From: an uncultured Gemmatimonadales bacterium
Lineage (GTDB): Bacteria > Gemmatimonadota > Gemmatimonadetes > Gemmatimonadales > GWC2-71-9
Length of the DNA stretch: 64,000 nt
Assembly (NCBI GenBank): GCA_963821525.1
Contig: CAWGED010000005.1
Location: forward strand, 288,001 to 352,000
Direction: 5' to 3'
Positions 20,046-31,069 of the stretch are shown in pieces; position 1 is the stretch's first letter, and each line of letters starts with the position of its first letter. The notes beneath the pieces were generated by a model. That model was not told the DNA's origin. It ran no database searches and was given only the letters and a program-made list of their open reading frames with translations. Position numbers and translations under genes: made by a program.

Positions 20046-21685
20046 TCACTCCCGATCCCTCGATGCTTCCTGACCGGGGCGCACTCTCCAGCGCCAGACC
20101 TCAGACCAGGGTGAATCCGGGCGCAGCGTCACCTTCTCGAACCGGGCATCTACGGCGTAGAGGAAGACGGGCGCGTACAGGAAGATTGCCGGCGCGTCGC
20201 CCTCGATCGTCACGACCGCATCCCGCCACAGCTTGCGCGCAGTCTCGGGGGAGCGGGAAGCGCGGGCCAGGAGGGTGTCCACCTGAGGATTGCAGTAGTG
20301 GGCCACGTTGGTGCCGCCGATGCCGGCACAACTCCAGCTCTGGCTGAGCCCGGATGGCGTCGGGTCCTGGGTAACGGCGTAGAGATCGAGATCGAATTTG
20401 CCGCGTTCGGCGAGTCGGCGTGTACAGCGGTGGGTCCAGCGGCTGTACCTCGAGGTCCACTCCGATCCGGCGGAGCTGTTCCTGGGCCTGAAGCGCCATC
20501 TTCCGCCTGGCGCCGCTCGTCGACGGGAAAATGGCCGTGAGGTGCAACGGGCGGCCATCCTTGTCCAGAACGCCATCGCGGTCATGGTCGGCCCAGCCTC
20601 GGGAGGCCAGGATCTCACGGGCCTTGGTCGTGTCATTCCTGGGCGGCGCCGGAGACTCGAGGCGCGTCGCCAGTACTGCTGAAACCGGTCCCGCGGGGAC
20701 CAGTCGAGCTGGGTCCGTAGGTGGACCTGACGATGGTCTCCCGATCGAGGGCAAGGGCCAGTGCCCGGCGCACCGCCGGATCTCCCAGAATAGGATGTGG
20801 CTTGGTGGTATCCGCCGGGTCCCTCTGGTTGAACAGCATGTATCCCACCATCAGGCTCGGCATCGGATAGAGCCGGAACCGCGGGTTCTGTCCCAACCGC
20901 TCGGGATTGGCGAACTGGTAAATGTTGTCTACCGCATCCGCCTCACCACCGAAGAGCAGGTTCATTCTCGCTTCGGTATCGCCGGCGATGAGAAATACCA
21001 CGCGGCTGAGGCCCGGTTTGCCGAGGAAGAAATCGTCGTTCGCAGAGAGCTCGATCAGCTGGCCGGACACCCGTCGCTTCCAGCGGTAGGGGCCGTTACC
21101 GACGGGATTCGCCGCAAAGGACGAAGCTCCTACCGAGTCAGGCGAGACTTTGGCCAGCAGGTGAGCCGGCAGCGGCGGCGCGTGATACACCGCGTCGTAG
21201 AACTGCTCGGCGTAGGGTGCGGTGAACTTGAAGATGACCCGGCGGTCGCCGTCGGCGGTGACGCTGCTGATGCGCCGGAGGAGTCCGGCGAGCTGGCCAT
21301 CCAGTTTCTCCATTCGCCCGCGCTCGATCGCGAAGACCACGTCGGCGGCGGTAACCGGCGCCCCGTCGTGCCACTTGGCCCGCGGGTCGAGCTCGAAGGC
21401 CAGAGTGGTAGGATCGATCCGGCGCCAGGACTTGGCCAGCCGCGGGACGAATCGTGGCTCATCGGTCGTGGCAAGATCCTCGGGGAGATCTGCCAGCCGG
21501 AGGAACATCAGGTCGGACACCTCACGATTCGCCGCATCGCCGCCAAACAGGGTCGGAATGGGCGACATCGCCTCACGAGCCGTGACGATCACGACCGTGC
21601 CGCGCCCGGCTGAGGTCGACTGCGCCAGTGCGGGTGCGGCGATGGTGAGGATGGAAAAACCGAGCACGACGAGAGCACGTCGCAT
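20046..21685 (-). CDS. oppA: Peptide ABC substrate-binding protein (family 5), frameshifted near 20690 and 20430
   Basis: Signal peptide; KWHDGAPVTAADVVF, PVGNGPY, VRRALALALDRE; C-terminal NVAHYCNPQVDTLL in another frame. Confidence 0.85.
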
Positions 21686-21747
21686 TGAGCTAAAGTAGTT
21701 ACGGACGGGGGGATAAAGCTACGGCGGGGGACCTGCGGGTGTTCGGT

Positions 21748-22473
21748 TTAGCGACGCCAGGTCCACTCCGGGGAGCGAAAGTGCTCCACGTGGGGCGAAG
21801 CGGCGCGATCGAGCCATTCTGTCTCTATCGGGGCGGCGCCCGATTCTTCCCTGATCGCGTCGGCGACCTCCTCGAAAGACACTGTGCGGCCCAGCGCCTC
21901 TCTGAGCGAGCTCTCGCTGCCTTCGGGAGCGGGCACCCGGCTCACCCGGGTCACGATCTCCTGAGTTCCTCCGAGGAGAATGCTTCCGTGCTGCAGGAAG
22001 GCATCGCCCTGACGAAGCTGCGCGCTGCCCACGAGTTTGCGATTCCCATACATGATCTCGCCGCCGACTGGAGCACTGAAACACCCGCCCGGTGAGAGAC
22101 CGGGAACCGGCGTCTTTCCCGCGAGCGTGACCTCGGCGCCGAGCCGGCTAAGGGCGGCAGCGAGGAACTGGTGAATTGCGCAGTAGGCGGCACTCAGCGA
22201 GCCGAACTGGTTGACGCGACCCGCTACGGCGTAGGTGATCTCGCTCTCATGCCACACGGCTCGACCACCCGTGGGACGGCGCACGACGTCGAGTCCCAGT
22301 CGCTCGATCTCCCGGCGATCGTAGCGCTTAAGGGCGGATTCATTCCGGCCAAAAGAGAGGCAGGGAGGGTCCCACTGATAGAGCCGTAGCAGTAATCCGC
22401 CCTCAGCCTCGGCCCGGTCCAGCATGGCCTGGTCCCGGGCCATGTTGAGCCAGCCGGGAGCGGGGGGCGACAA
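21748..22473 (-). CDS. Lipoate-protein ligase A / LipM-like octanoyltransferase
   Basis: NMARDQAML, VRRPTGGRAVWH, KLVGSAQ and LQHGSI; downstream of gcvHP. The true start may lie further upstream. Confidence 0.88.
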   Translation of the reverse strand: MSPPAPGWLNMARDQAMLDRAEAEGGLLLRLYQWDPPCLSFGRNESALKRYDRREIERLGLDVVRRPTGGRAVWHESEITYAVAGRVNQFGSLSAAYCAIHQFLAAALSRLGAEVTLAGKTPVPGLSPGGCFSAPVGGEIMYGNRKLVGSAQLRQGDAFLQHGSILLGGTQEIVTRVSRVPAPEGSESSLREALGRTVSFEEVADAIREESGAAPIETEWLDRAASPHVEHFRSPEWTWRR

Positions 22474-22479
22474 CGAAAA

Positions 22480-22558
22480 GCGGGAACAGGGAAAAGGGAA
22501 CAGGGAACCGGGCGTTCCCAGCTGTTCCCGTTCCCTGTTCCCCGTTCCCCGTTCCCGC
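22480..22558. repeat. Inverted (GGGAACA/G) heptamer arrays
   Basis: cgggaacagggaaaagggaacagggaaccggg ... gttcccgttccctgttccccgttccccgttcccg. Confidence 0.85.
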
Positions 22559-22595
22559 AGTTGCTTTCACCTCAGTCCTCAGTCCTTCTTGCTCG

Positions 22596-25509
22596 TCACC
22601 CCGCGCCCGCCCCCACCGCTTCCGGCTCGGCGTACGCCGACACCGGCGGACAGGTGCACACGAGGTGGCGGTCGCCGTAGGCGGCGTCGATCCGGCCCAC
22701 GGTTGGCCAGGACTTGTGTTCCCGGAGACCGGGCATGGGATAGGCGGCGCGCTCCCGCGGATAGGGACGATCCCAGGCATCCTCGATCACCTGGACCAGG
22801 GTGTGCGGCGCGTTGGTCAGGAGATTGTTGCCCTTGGGCGAGCGGCCTTCCTCGATCTCCCGAATTTCCTCCCGGATTCCGATCATCGCATCCACGAAGC
22901 GGTCGAGCTCCTCGCGCGGCTCGCTCTCGGTCGGCTCGATCATCAGCGTGCCGGGTACCGGGAAGGACACCGTCGGCGGATGGAAGCCATAGTCGATGAT
23001 CCGCTTGGCAATGTCCTCCACTTCGATTCCGGCCGAGGCCTTGAACGGCCGCATGTCGAGAATGCACTCATGCGCGACGAGGCCGTGATTGCCGGCGTAG
23101 AGCACCGGGTAGTGGTTCTTGAGCCGGTGGGCGATGTAATTGGCGCTGAGGATCGCGACCTTGGTCGCCTGGGTCAGCCCTTCCTGTCCCATCAATGCGA
23201 TGTAGGCCCAGGAGATCGGCAGGATCGCCGCACTGCCCCAGGGGGCGGCGGAGATGGTGCCGCAACTCTGGGTATGACCCAGCGGGACCACCGGATGATC
23301 CGGCAGGAACGGGGCGAGGTGTGGCGCCACGCAGATCGGACCCATGCCGGGACCGCCGCCGCCATGCGGGATGCAGAAAGTCTTGTGCAGGTTCAAGTGG
23401 CAGACATCGGCGCCGAAATCGCCCGGACGGCAGAGCCCGACCTGGGCGTTCATGTTGGCGCCATCCATGTAAACCTGCCCGCCATTCTGGTGCACGATCT
23501 CGCAGACCTCACGGATGCCTGACTCGAAGACGCCGTGAGTGGAGGGATAGGTCACCATCAGGCAGGCCAGCGTGTCCTTATGCTCCGCGGCCTTGGCCCG
23601 CAGATCCGCCAGATCAATGTTGCCGAGTGGATCGGACTTGATCGCGACCACATCGAGTCCCGCCATGACCGCACTGGCTGGATTCGTCCCGTGGGCGGAC
23701 ATGGGGATCAGGCAGGTCGTCCGGTTGTGCTGACCCCGGGCGCGATGGAAGGCACGGATCACCAGCAGGCCCGCGAATTCGCCCTGGGAGCCCGGCATTC
23801 GGTTGCAACGACACTTTGGCGAAGCCGGTGATCTCCGCCAGTTGGGCTTCGAGCTGGCTGAAGAGCAACTGGTAGCCGGCGGTCTGGTCCCGGGGGACGA
23901 AGGGATGCAGCCGGTTCAGCTCGCGCCAGCTCACCGGCATCATCTCGGTGGTGGCGTTCAGCTTCATGGTGCAGGAGCCCAGAGGAATCATCGACGAGGT
24001 GAGCGAAAGGTCCCTCGCCTCGAGCCGCTTGATGTAGCGCAGCATCTCCGTCTCGGAGTGACACTTGTGGAAGACGGGATGGGTGAGAAACGCACTGGTG
24101 CGGCGGAGCGCCTCCGGAATCGCCGGCTCGGTCGTGGCACCGCCATCGCCGAGCATGTAGGGCAGGGCGACGTCGAGAGAGAAGACGGCGATGACGTCGG
24201 ACAGGTCGCCTACGGAGACCGTCTCGTCGAGCGCCACACAGATCCGGTGTCCGTCGATCACCCGCAGGTTGATGTGCCGGGCCCGCGCCGCATCGAGAAT
24301 CCTGGGCAAATTGGCCGGCTTCACCTCGACGCAGACGGTGTCGAAGAAGTCCTTATGGACCAAGTGGTACCTCAGGCGGTGCAGGGCCGCCGCGAGGTAG
24401 GTCGCCTGGGTGTGGACCCGCTCGGCGATCCGGCGCAGGCCATCCGGGCCGTGGTAGACCGCGTACATGCTCGCCATCACGGCCAGGAGTACCTGCGCCG
24501 TGCAGACATTGCTGGTGGCTTTGTCGCGCCGGATGTGCTGTTCCCGAGTCTGCAGGGCCATGCGTAGCGCCGGCCGCCCGCTGGTGTCTTTCGAGACACC
24601 GATGATCCGGCCCGGCAGGTGACGCTTGTACCCTTCACGAGTCGAGAAGAAGGCGGCGTGAGGGCCGCCGTAGCCCATCGGCACCCCGAAGCGCTGCGAG
24701 TTGCCGACGGCGATGTCGGCTCCCCACTCTCCAGGCGGAGTCAACATCGTCAGTGCGAGCAGGTCGGTCGCGGCGGTCACCAGAGCACCCCCGGCATGAG
24801 CCCGGTCGCACAGTTCGCGGAAATCTCGAATCGCTCCGTCAGTGGCAGGATACTGGACCAGTGCTCCGATGACCGAGCCGCCGAACTCGAAGGTTTCGGG
24901 AGCCGCGACTCGCACTTCGACTCCGCGAACCTCAGCACGGGTCTGCACCACGGCGATCGTCTGGGGATGACAGGCCGAGTCCACCAGGTACACCGGCTTG
25001 CCCTTGGGAGACGCGACCGCTTCGGTCAGGTGCATCGCCTCGGCGGCGGCCGTCGCTTCATCGAGGAGCGAGGCGTTGGCCACCGGCAGGCCGGTGAGAT
25101 CGGCCACGAGGGTCTGGAAGTTGAGCAAGGCCTCGAGCCGGCCCTGCGCGATTTCCGCCTGATAGGGAGTGTACGCGGTATACCAGCCGGGGTTCTCGAG
25201 GATGTTCCGCTGGATCACCTGGGGCGTGAAGGTCCCGTAGTACCCCATGCCGAGGTAGGAGCGGAAGATCCGGTTCTGGGCGGCGAGACCGCGGAGGGCC
25301 TGCAGCACTTCGCGCTCACTCCGGCTGGGTGGCAGGTCCAGTGGCTGGGGCAGCCGGATGTCCGCCGGGACTACGGCGTCGATGAAAGCGTCCAGCGTGT
25401 CGTAGCCCAGTTCGTGCACCATGGCCTGGATATCGTCTCGACGAGGCCCAATGTGGCGAGAGACGAAGCGGTCGGTGCGGAGCAGGGTATAGGCGGTTGG
25501 TTCAGACAT
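22596..25509 (-). CDS. gcvP: Glycine dehydrogenase (GcvP, single-chain), frameshift near 23790
   Basis: [58 protein letters not shown], and [11 protein letters not shown]. Confidence 0.95.
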
Positions 25510-25518
25510 GCGAGGTGA

Positions 25519-25561
25519 TGGAGACGGAAGACGGGAGACGGAAGACGGACGGTAGACGGGA
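25519..25561. repeat. (GGA/GAGAC) heptamer tandem array between gcvH and gcvP
   Basis: ggagacggaagacgggagacggaagacggacggtagacggga. Confidence 0.8.
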
Positions 25562-25627
25562 ACAAAACGGCGCCCCGCAGTCAGAGCCGGAGGCGCCAGG
25601 AGAAGCAAACAACACTGCATCGAAAAC

Positions 25628-26011
25628 CTACCCGCCGATCTTCTGCTGATACTGGGCGGCGGAGAGGAGCGACGATAACTCCGAGGGATCGCGAGGGCGC
25701 AGCTTGATCATCCACCCGGCCCCATAGGGATCACGGTTGATGGCGGCTGGATCGGTGTCGAGGGCAGTGTTGGCCTCGACCACCTCGCCGCTCAGCGGGC
25801 AGAAGAGTTCGGACACGGCTTTCACCGCTTCGACGGTGCCGAAGACTCCCATGCGCTCGAAGGTAGTGCCGGGCTTGGGCAGCTCGACGAAGACGACATC
25901 TCCCAGCTCGCCCTGGGCGTAGTCGGTGATGCCGATCTCGACGACGTCGCCCGACTTGCGGACGTACTCGTGTTCAGGGGTGTAGAGCAGATCGGCCGGG
26001 ATGTTGGGCAC
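25628..26011 (-). CDS. gcvH: Glycine cleavage system H protein
   Basis: [28 protein letters not shown] lipoyl-Lys motif, NRDPYGAGW. Confidence 0.96.
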   Translation of the reverse strand: MPNIPADLLYTPEHEYVRKSGDVVEIGITDYAQGELGDVVFVELPKPGTTFERMGVFGTVEAVKAVSELFCPLSGEVVEANTALDTDPAAINRDPYGAGWMIKLRPRDPSELSSLLSAAQYQQKIGG

Positions 26012-26063
26012 GTTGGCTCCGCAAATTGCGTGGGGGGGAGGATAGAGGAGGGGGGCGGGCCCG

Positions 26064-26681
26064 TCAAGCAGGAACGAGCTGGTCCCAGACCGCTCTGGCG
26101 CGCTGCTCGAGCGCCGCGCGATCGCCCTCGTTTTCGATCACGAATGGGGCCCGCGGCGGGGTCCCACCGACCCAGTCCCGTTTCTCCGAGGCGGGCATCT
26201 GTGTGGCGAGCATGCGGCGGGCTTCGTCTGCCGGGAGCCCACGTGATTCCATCAGCCGCTGGAGCCGCAGGGGCTCCGGAGCATCGACCAGAATCACGGC
26301 GTCGAAGGCTGCCGGATCCGCCGACTCGAAGAGCAGCGGGATGTCGCTCACTACTACCCGCGCACCCTGCCGTCTCGCCGACTCCAGCAGCTCGGCCCGC
26401 CGGCGGTGGACTTCGGGATGAACGATGGCGTTGAGATCGGCTCTCGCCTCCGGGTCCCGCATGACGATCTGCCGAACCTTGCCCCGGTCGAGCTGGCCAT
26501 CAGGCAGGATCACATCGGGGCCGAATCTCGTCGCGATGGCTCCCAACACCGGTGAGCCGGGCTGTTGCAGTTCCCGGACGATCTGGTCGGCGTCGATGAT
26601 GACGGCACCCCAGCTCTGAAACAGCTCGGCGACGGTGGACTTGCCGGAGGCGATGTTGCCGGTGAGGGCGAGGTGGATCAT
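26064..26681 (-). CDS. coaE: Dephospho-CoA kinase
   Basis: LTGNIASGKSTV, IDAD, LNAIVHP and DIPLLFE motifs. Confidence 0.95.
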   Translation of the reverse strand: MIHLALTGNIASGKSTVAELFQSWGAVIIDADQIVRELQQPGSPVLGAIATRFGPDVILPDGQLDRGKVRQIVMRDPEARADLNAIVHPEVHRRRAELLESARRQGARVVVSDIPLLFESADPAAFDAVILVDAPEPLRLQRLMESRGLPADEARRMLATQMPASEKRDWVGGTPPRAPFVIENEGDRAALEQRARAVWDQLVPA

Positions 26682-26689
26682 GGGCTGAG

Positions 26690-26738
26690 TGAGCTAACAG
26701 CTGTAGCTGTTAGCTAATAGCTAGTTAGCTATAGCTGT
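26690..26738. repeat. (TAGCTRT/A) heptamer array, quasi-palindromic
   Basis: gagctaacagctgtagctgttagctaatagctagttagctatagctg. Confidence 0.8.
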
Positions 26739-26741
26739 TTC

Positions 26742-27348
26742 TCACAGCAACGCCGTCTGATCCTCATCCTTCCGCGGCACGCGGTGGCAGTGCCGGCAGC
26801 GGGCTTCGTAGGATTCGCGGCCGCCGATCATGATCGTGGGGGAGTCGTAGCGGGCAGGCTTGCCGTCGACCAGCCGCTGGTTGCGGGTGGCGAGGTCGCC
26901 GCAAACGACGCAGATGGCCTGGAGTTTGTCCACGGTCTCGGCGACGGCCATCAGGTTGCCCATGGCACCGAAGGGCTCGCCGCGGAAATCGGTGTCGGTG
27001 CCCGCGACGATGACGCGGACGCCGCGCGCCGCGAGCGCCGTGGCCACGGTGACGACCTCGCGGATCGAGGAACTGCGCCTCGTCCACCGCCACCATCTCG
27101 GTGTCGGGCCGGACCAGGCGGAAGATCTCGGCGGCGGTATCCACCGGTGTGGCTTCCAGCTCGCGGCCGTCGTGGCTCGCAACACTGTAGAGCCCGCCAT
27201 AGCGGGTGTCGAAGTGGGACTTGAAAACCTGAACGCGGCGGCGGGCGATAATCGCACGACGCACACGCCGGATCAACTCCTCACTTTTTCCGCTGAACAT
27301 CACGCCGGAGATGACTTCTATCCAACCCGGACGCGATCCATGATACAT
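26742..27348 (-). CDS. tdk: Thymidine kinase, frameshift near 27065
   Basis: [14 protein letters not shown] and VDEAQFL in one frame; [15 protein letters not shown] and YEARCRHCH in the next. Confidence 0.93.
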
Positions 27349-27495
27349 CGGCCGCCTCGGTTCGGGGTGCGGCGGAAAATGGCTGGGCATTCCAATGCGG
27401 TCAAGCGAAGCGGTGACGGCTTGCGATCTTTCCGTGCTTCTCCGCATATTCTGCCCCCGCCCCGATCCATACCCGACCGCAAGAAGGAGCCTTGT

Positions 27496-27783
27496 GTGAA
27501 CAAGCAGGAACTGGTTGAAGCCGTCGCGAAGAGCCTGGGCAAGTCCAAGGCCGAGGCGGCCAAGATCGTCGAGGCGCTGTTCGCACCGGGAGGCGTGATC
27601 TGCTCCGAGCTCAAGAAGGGCAGGAAGGTCCAGATCACCGGATTTGGCAACTTCGAAACCCGCAAACGGAAGGCTCGCACCGGCCGCAACCCGCGAACCG
27701 GCCGGGCGATTTCAATCAAGGCAGGAGTAGCGCCGGTGTTTCGGGCCGGGAAGGGGCTGAAGGAACTGGTCAACAAGCGGTAA
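27496..27783 (+). CDS. hup: HU family DNA-binding protein
   Basis: AAGGAG RBS; (V)[10 protein letters not shown]...[20 protein letters not shown]...[14 protein letters not shown]. Confidence 0.95.
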   Translation: MNKQELVEAVAKSLGKSKAEAAKIVEALFAPGGVICSELKKGRKVQITGFGNFETRKRKARTGRNPRTGRAISIKAGVAPVFRAGKGLKELVNKR

Positions 27784-27816
27784 CAGTGAAGGGTCGCACC
27801 GTTCACCGCCCGCGCT

Positions 27817-29235
27817 TCACTGGTCTGGCCTCACGCTTGGTCCCGCGCCGCGATCCACACGTGCGGTGACCCGATGGCGGCGAATCGTCAGGCCGTTCAT
27901 CCGGCGCGCGACTTCTTCCGCGTCTTCCGCCGGAACCTCGACCAGACAATAGACCTCCCGGACGTCGATCTTCCCGATCCGGGTTCGGTCCATCCGCAGC
28001 TCGCGGGTCATCGCGGCGACGAGATCGTTCGGGGTGACTTCGTCCTTCTTTCCGCCGCTGACCCATACCCTCGCCGTGGCAGGAGTCGCGACAACCGGAG
28101 TCGCGGGTTCAACCTTCTCGCCGGTTCCGCTCCAAAGCTGGTACAGGGCCGCCGCCACCTGGGCCGGATCGTGCCGCTCGAACAGGGGCGCTATCGCCAG
28201 CAGCGCATTGCTCACTCCCGGCGATTCGACGGTGGATTCGATTCGGGCGCGGCGCGCCGCGGCGACCGATTCTGCCGCCTCGAGCGCACCGGCCAGCCGG
28301 AGCGGCTTGGAGCGCTCGGTCACCAGCTGGAGGTAGGGGAGCGCATGCGGCGGTAACAGCAGGACCACATTGCCGGCCGCACTGAGCTGAGCCAGCCGCG
28401 CAGGTTCGGGAATGTCGTAGCAGATGATCAACTCCGCCGCCGGCGCGTCGCCGGTGACCACGGTCGTCTCACCAGCCACGGGAAGCGCGGCTCGCACCTC
28501 CTCGGCCGAACCGGCATCCGCAGTCCAGATCACAGCGCCAGCTGGATCCAGCATCTCGAGAGCATTCTGAAGCGCCGAGAAACGCGCGTTCCACGCTGTA
28601 ATGACGTACTGCAGCGGCGCGGTGCTCTTGGTTGGGGTTTGAGCAGCGAAGGGCCCGGCCACGACTCCGCGACGCGCGTAACGGTCGGTGAGGTCCCGGG
28701 ATGGGGCAGGGGACAGCGGAATCAGGAGTCGCGGCGCATCCTTGTTCGCATCCTGCAGGATCTGGGTGAGTGTCTCCGCATTCTCACAGCTCTCGGGCCA
28801 GGCGAGAACGATGTGGCTCAACGATTCCGCCTTGAGGGCGCTCCGGCGACACAACTGAAGCGCAACCTCGGGGGTCGTGAGGAGAATCTGGAGACCTCCC
28901 GCGCGCAGACGGCGCGTCGCACGGGCAGGCGTGGATGCTGTTTCGAGGGTCAGTGATGCGGCGCGGGCGAGCGGGACCAGTACCTGGGCCCACTCCTGAA
29001 TGCCGAACGCTGGCACCAGCACCAGAATCCTGCTCTCCGGTCCGGCTGAGCCAAGAAGTCCCGCCATCGCCGGGATCGCATAGCGCGCCGACGGCGGAGA
29101 CAGAAGCACGACGTTCGTGCCGCGGAGCGCCGGCACAGTCGATTCGCGAATTACGGCATCACTCGGAGCGTAGCCGAGGGCTTCCATCAACGCCGAGAGC
29201 GGCGCGGGAAGCGACGAGTCCCAGTTTCCTGACAT
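27817..29235 (-). CDS. Degenerate DEAD-box helicase-like protein with C-terminal DbpA RNA-binding domain
   Basis: RecA-like scaffold (ILVLVP, ILLTTPE, ICYDIP) and C-terminal VWVSGGKKDEVTPNDLV...IGKIDVRE.YCLVEVP DbpA domain; canonical GKT and DEAD motifs absent. Confidence 0.75.
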   Translation of the reverse strand: MSGNWDSSLPAPLSALMEALGYAPSDAVIRESTVPALRGTNVVLLSPPSARYAIPAMAGLLGSAGPESRILVLVPAFGIQEWAQVLVPLARAASLTLETASTPARATRRLRAGGLQILLTTPEVALQLCRRSALKAESLSHIVLAWPESCENAETLTQILQDANKDAPRLLIPLSPAPSRDLTDRYARRGVVAGPFAAQTPTKSTAPLQYVITAWNARFSALQNALEMLDPAGAVIWTADAGSAEEVRAALPVAGETTVVTGDAPAAELIICYDIPEPARLAQLSAAGNVVLLLPPHALPYLQLVTERSKPLRLAGALEAAESVAAARRARIESTVESPGVSNALLAIAPLFERHDPAQVAAALYQLWSGTGEKVEPATPVVATPATARVWVSGGKKDEVTPNDLVAAMTRELRMDRTRIGKIDVREVYCLVEVPAEDAEEVARRMNGLTIRRHRVTARVDRGAGPSVRPDQ

Positions 29236-29290
29236 GACATCCCCTCGATTGTCAAACAGCAGTACAGCAGCGGGCCCGAACATACCAAGA

Positions 29291-29318
29291 TTGTCATCCT
29301 AAGACCAGTTGACATACT
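29291..29318 (+). promoter_or_regulatory. Possible sigma70 promoter for the aminotransferase
   Basis: TTGTCA-N16-CATACT with TG extended -10. Confidence 0.35.
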
Positions 29319-29394
29319 CCGTGTGACGAAGAACTTTTGTGTTCCCGCGTGGTCCGCAGGCCTCGCCCGATCAATCTCTTGCAGGGTTGTGCCG

Positions 29395-30597
29395 ATGCCC
29401 GACGCACTGTCGCAGAATCTCGCCTATATCAGGCCCTCCGAGACCGTCGCTATCAGCGCTGAGACCAAACGTCGCCGAGCTTCAGGCGAGGATGTATTGG
29501 ATCTGAGTGTGGGGGAGCCCGACTTTGATACACCGAGCATTGCCGCACAGGCGGGCATCCAGGCAATCCAGAAGGGTCTCACCCGGTATCCCCCGAACAT
29601 CGGCATTATCGAGCTCCGTGCGGCCATGGCCCGCACTCTCTCGCTGATGTCGGGTGGCCGGCCGGTGAATCCAGACCATATCGTCGTCAGCTCCGGATCC
29701 AAGCAGGCGATCTTCAACGCCTGTTTTTCGCTGTTCGGTCCCAAGGACAAGGTGCTCATCCCGTCTCCGGCTTGGGTTTCGTATCCCCAGATCGTGCATC
29801 TGTGCCGGGCCGAGCCCATCGCGGTCCCGGGCGATCCCGAGTGGGGTCTCAAGGTCAGCGTTCAGGATCTGGAGAAGAACACCGACAAGCTGGTGCGAGG
29901 TCTCATCCTCTGCTCACCCTGCAATCCCACCGGCGCCGTCTACACCGCGGCCGAAGTGAAGGCCATTGCCACCTGGGCCAAGGAGCACGGGGTCTGGATC
30001 ATCGCGGACGAGATTTACCGGCGGATCAGCTACGGGAACGGCCCTGCGGCCTCGTTCCTCGATCTTCCCGACGAGTATCTCGAGCGCGTCGTAGTCATCT
30101 ACGGGGCCAGCAAGGCCTACGCGATGACCGGTTGGCGGATCGGAGCGGCGCTCGCACCGATGCATCTGGCCAAGGCCATGGCGGCGGTTCAGTCTCACAC
30201 GACGACCGGTGCCAACCAACCGGCGCAGTGGGCGGCGGCGGCAGCGTTCAGCGACGAGCGGGTCGAGCAGGACGTTCAGCGGATGGTGGTCGCCTTCCGG
30301 AACCGGCGGGATCGGGTGGTCGAGAGGTTCCGCAGCTCGGCGCCCGGCGTCGAATTCGTGGAGCCGCACGGCGCCTTCTACTTCTTCTTCCGGGTGGACG
30401 GCATTACCAAGGGACTCACCGGGACCAGCTTCTGCGACCAGGCCATGGCCGCGGGAGTCGCGATGGTACCGGGAGCAGCGTTCGGGGATGATCGCTGGGT
30501 CCGGATGAGTTACGCCGTTTCCGATCAGGATCTCGAGAAGGCTCTCGACCGGATTCTGGATCTGGTCGGCCGACTTGCCGCGTCCCAGGCCGCCTAG
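29395..30597 (+). CDS. PLP-dependent class I/II (aspartate) aminotransferase
   Basis: GEPDFDTP, SPCNPTG, DEIY and SKAYAMTGWRIG. Confidence 0.93.
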   Translation: MPDALSQNLAYIRPSETVAISAETKRRRASGEDVLDLSVGEPDFDTPSIAAQAGIQAIQKGLTRYPPNIGIIELRAAMARTLSLMSGGRPVNPDHIVVSSGSKQAIFNACFSLFGPKDKVLIPSPAWVSYPQIVHLCRAEPIAVPGDPEWGLKVSVQDLEKNTDKLVRGLILCSPCNPTGAVYTAAEVKAIATWAKEHGVWIIADEIYRRISYGNGPAASFLDLPDEYLERVVVIYGASKAYAMTGWRIGAALAPMHLAKAMAAVQSHTTTGANQPAQWAAAAAFSDERVEQDVQRMVVAFRNRRDRVVERFRSSAPGVEFVEPHGAFYFFFRVDGITKGLTGTSFCDQAMAAGVAMVPGAAFGDDRWVRMSYAVSDQDLEKALDRILDLVGRLAASQAA

Positions 30598-30691
30598 CTA
30601 GGATGGCGACGATGACCTGGACTCGGCTCCGCCGGGTGGTGGCGCATCTCGGGGCGAGCGGAGAGCGTTAGCAGTATTGTGCCACGAAGTC

Positions 30692-31069
30692 TCAGGCCGC
30701 CTGCAGCGTAAGCGGCTGCAGGCACCGGCTGCACTTCACGGCGCGCGGTATCCGGTAGGAGGAGCCGGTCAGTCCCAATCGCTGCTCGGCACCGCAGAAG
30801 GGACAGGGCCCGGTTGCCCGGTGGAAGAGTTCTCGCGTAAGCCCGCGACGCACCCCGAAGACGAGTCCGGCCACCAGGGCGGCGGGCGGGAAGAAGAGAT
30901 GGACCAGTGGAATCGGCAGAGTGACCAGCGCCATGCCGAATCCGAGCGCCGGTCCGAGCGCTCCTCGCTTCAAGCGCTCCCCCAGTGTCAGAACCTGAAT
31001 TTCGACCTGGGCTTTGGTCGATTTCACACCGAAACCCTCGAGCGGCAACGTTTCAGTGCGAAGGTTCAC
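30692..31069 (-). CDS. Two-TM membrane protein with C-terminal zinc ribbon
   Basis: GTG overlaps the upstream TGA; IPLVHLFF TM pair; CPFC...CSRC. Confidence 0.7.
   Translation of the reverse strand: MNLRTETLPLEGFGVKSTKAQVEIQVLTLGERLKRGALGPALGFGMALVTLPIPLVHLFFPPAALVAGLVFGVRRGLTRELFHRATGPCPFCGAEQRLGLTGSSYRIPRAVKCSRCLQPLTLQAA

Noticed and set aside
16116..21685. Opp transporter as the importer for the proposed SRYAVAW peptide
   Set aside because: It lies about 40 kb away, nothing in the sequence links the loci, and Opp systems are ubiquitous.
23780..23810. Split GcvPA/GcvPB or programmed frameshift in gcvP
   Set aside because: The break falls inside the conserved QPNxGxQGE motif, not at the PA/PB boundary, and there is no slippery site; consistent with a sequencing indel.
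30603..30671. 22-aa ORF MATMTWTRLRRVVAHLGASGER after the aminotransferase
   Set aside because: Too short, weak RBS, no supporting features.
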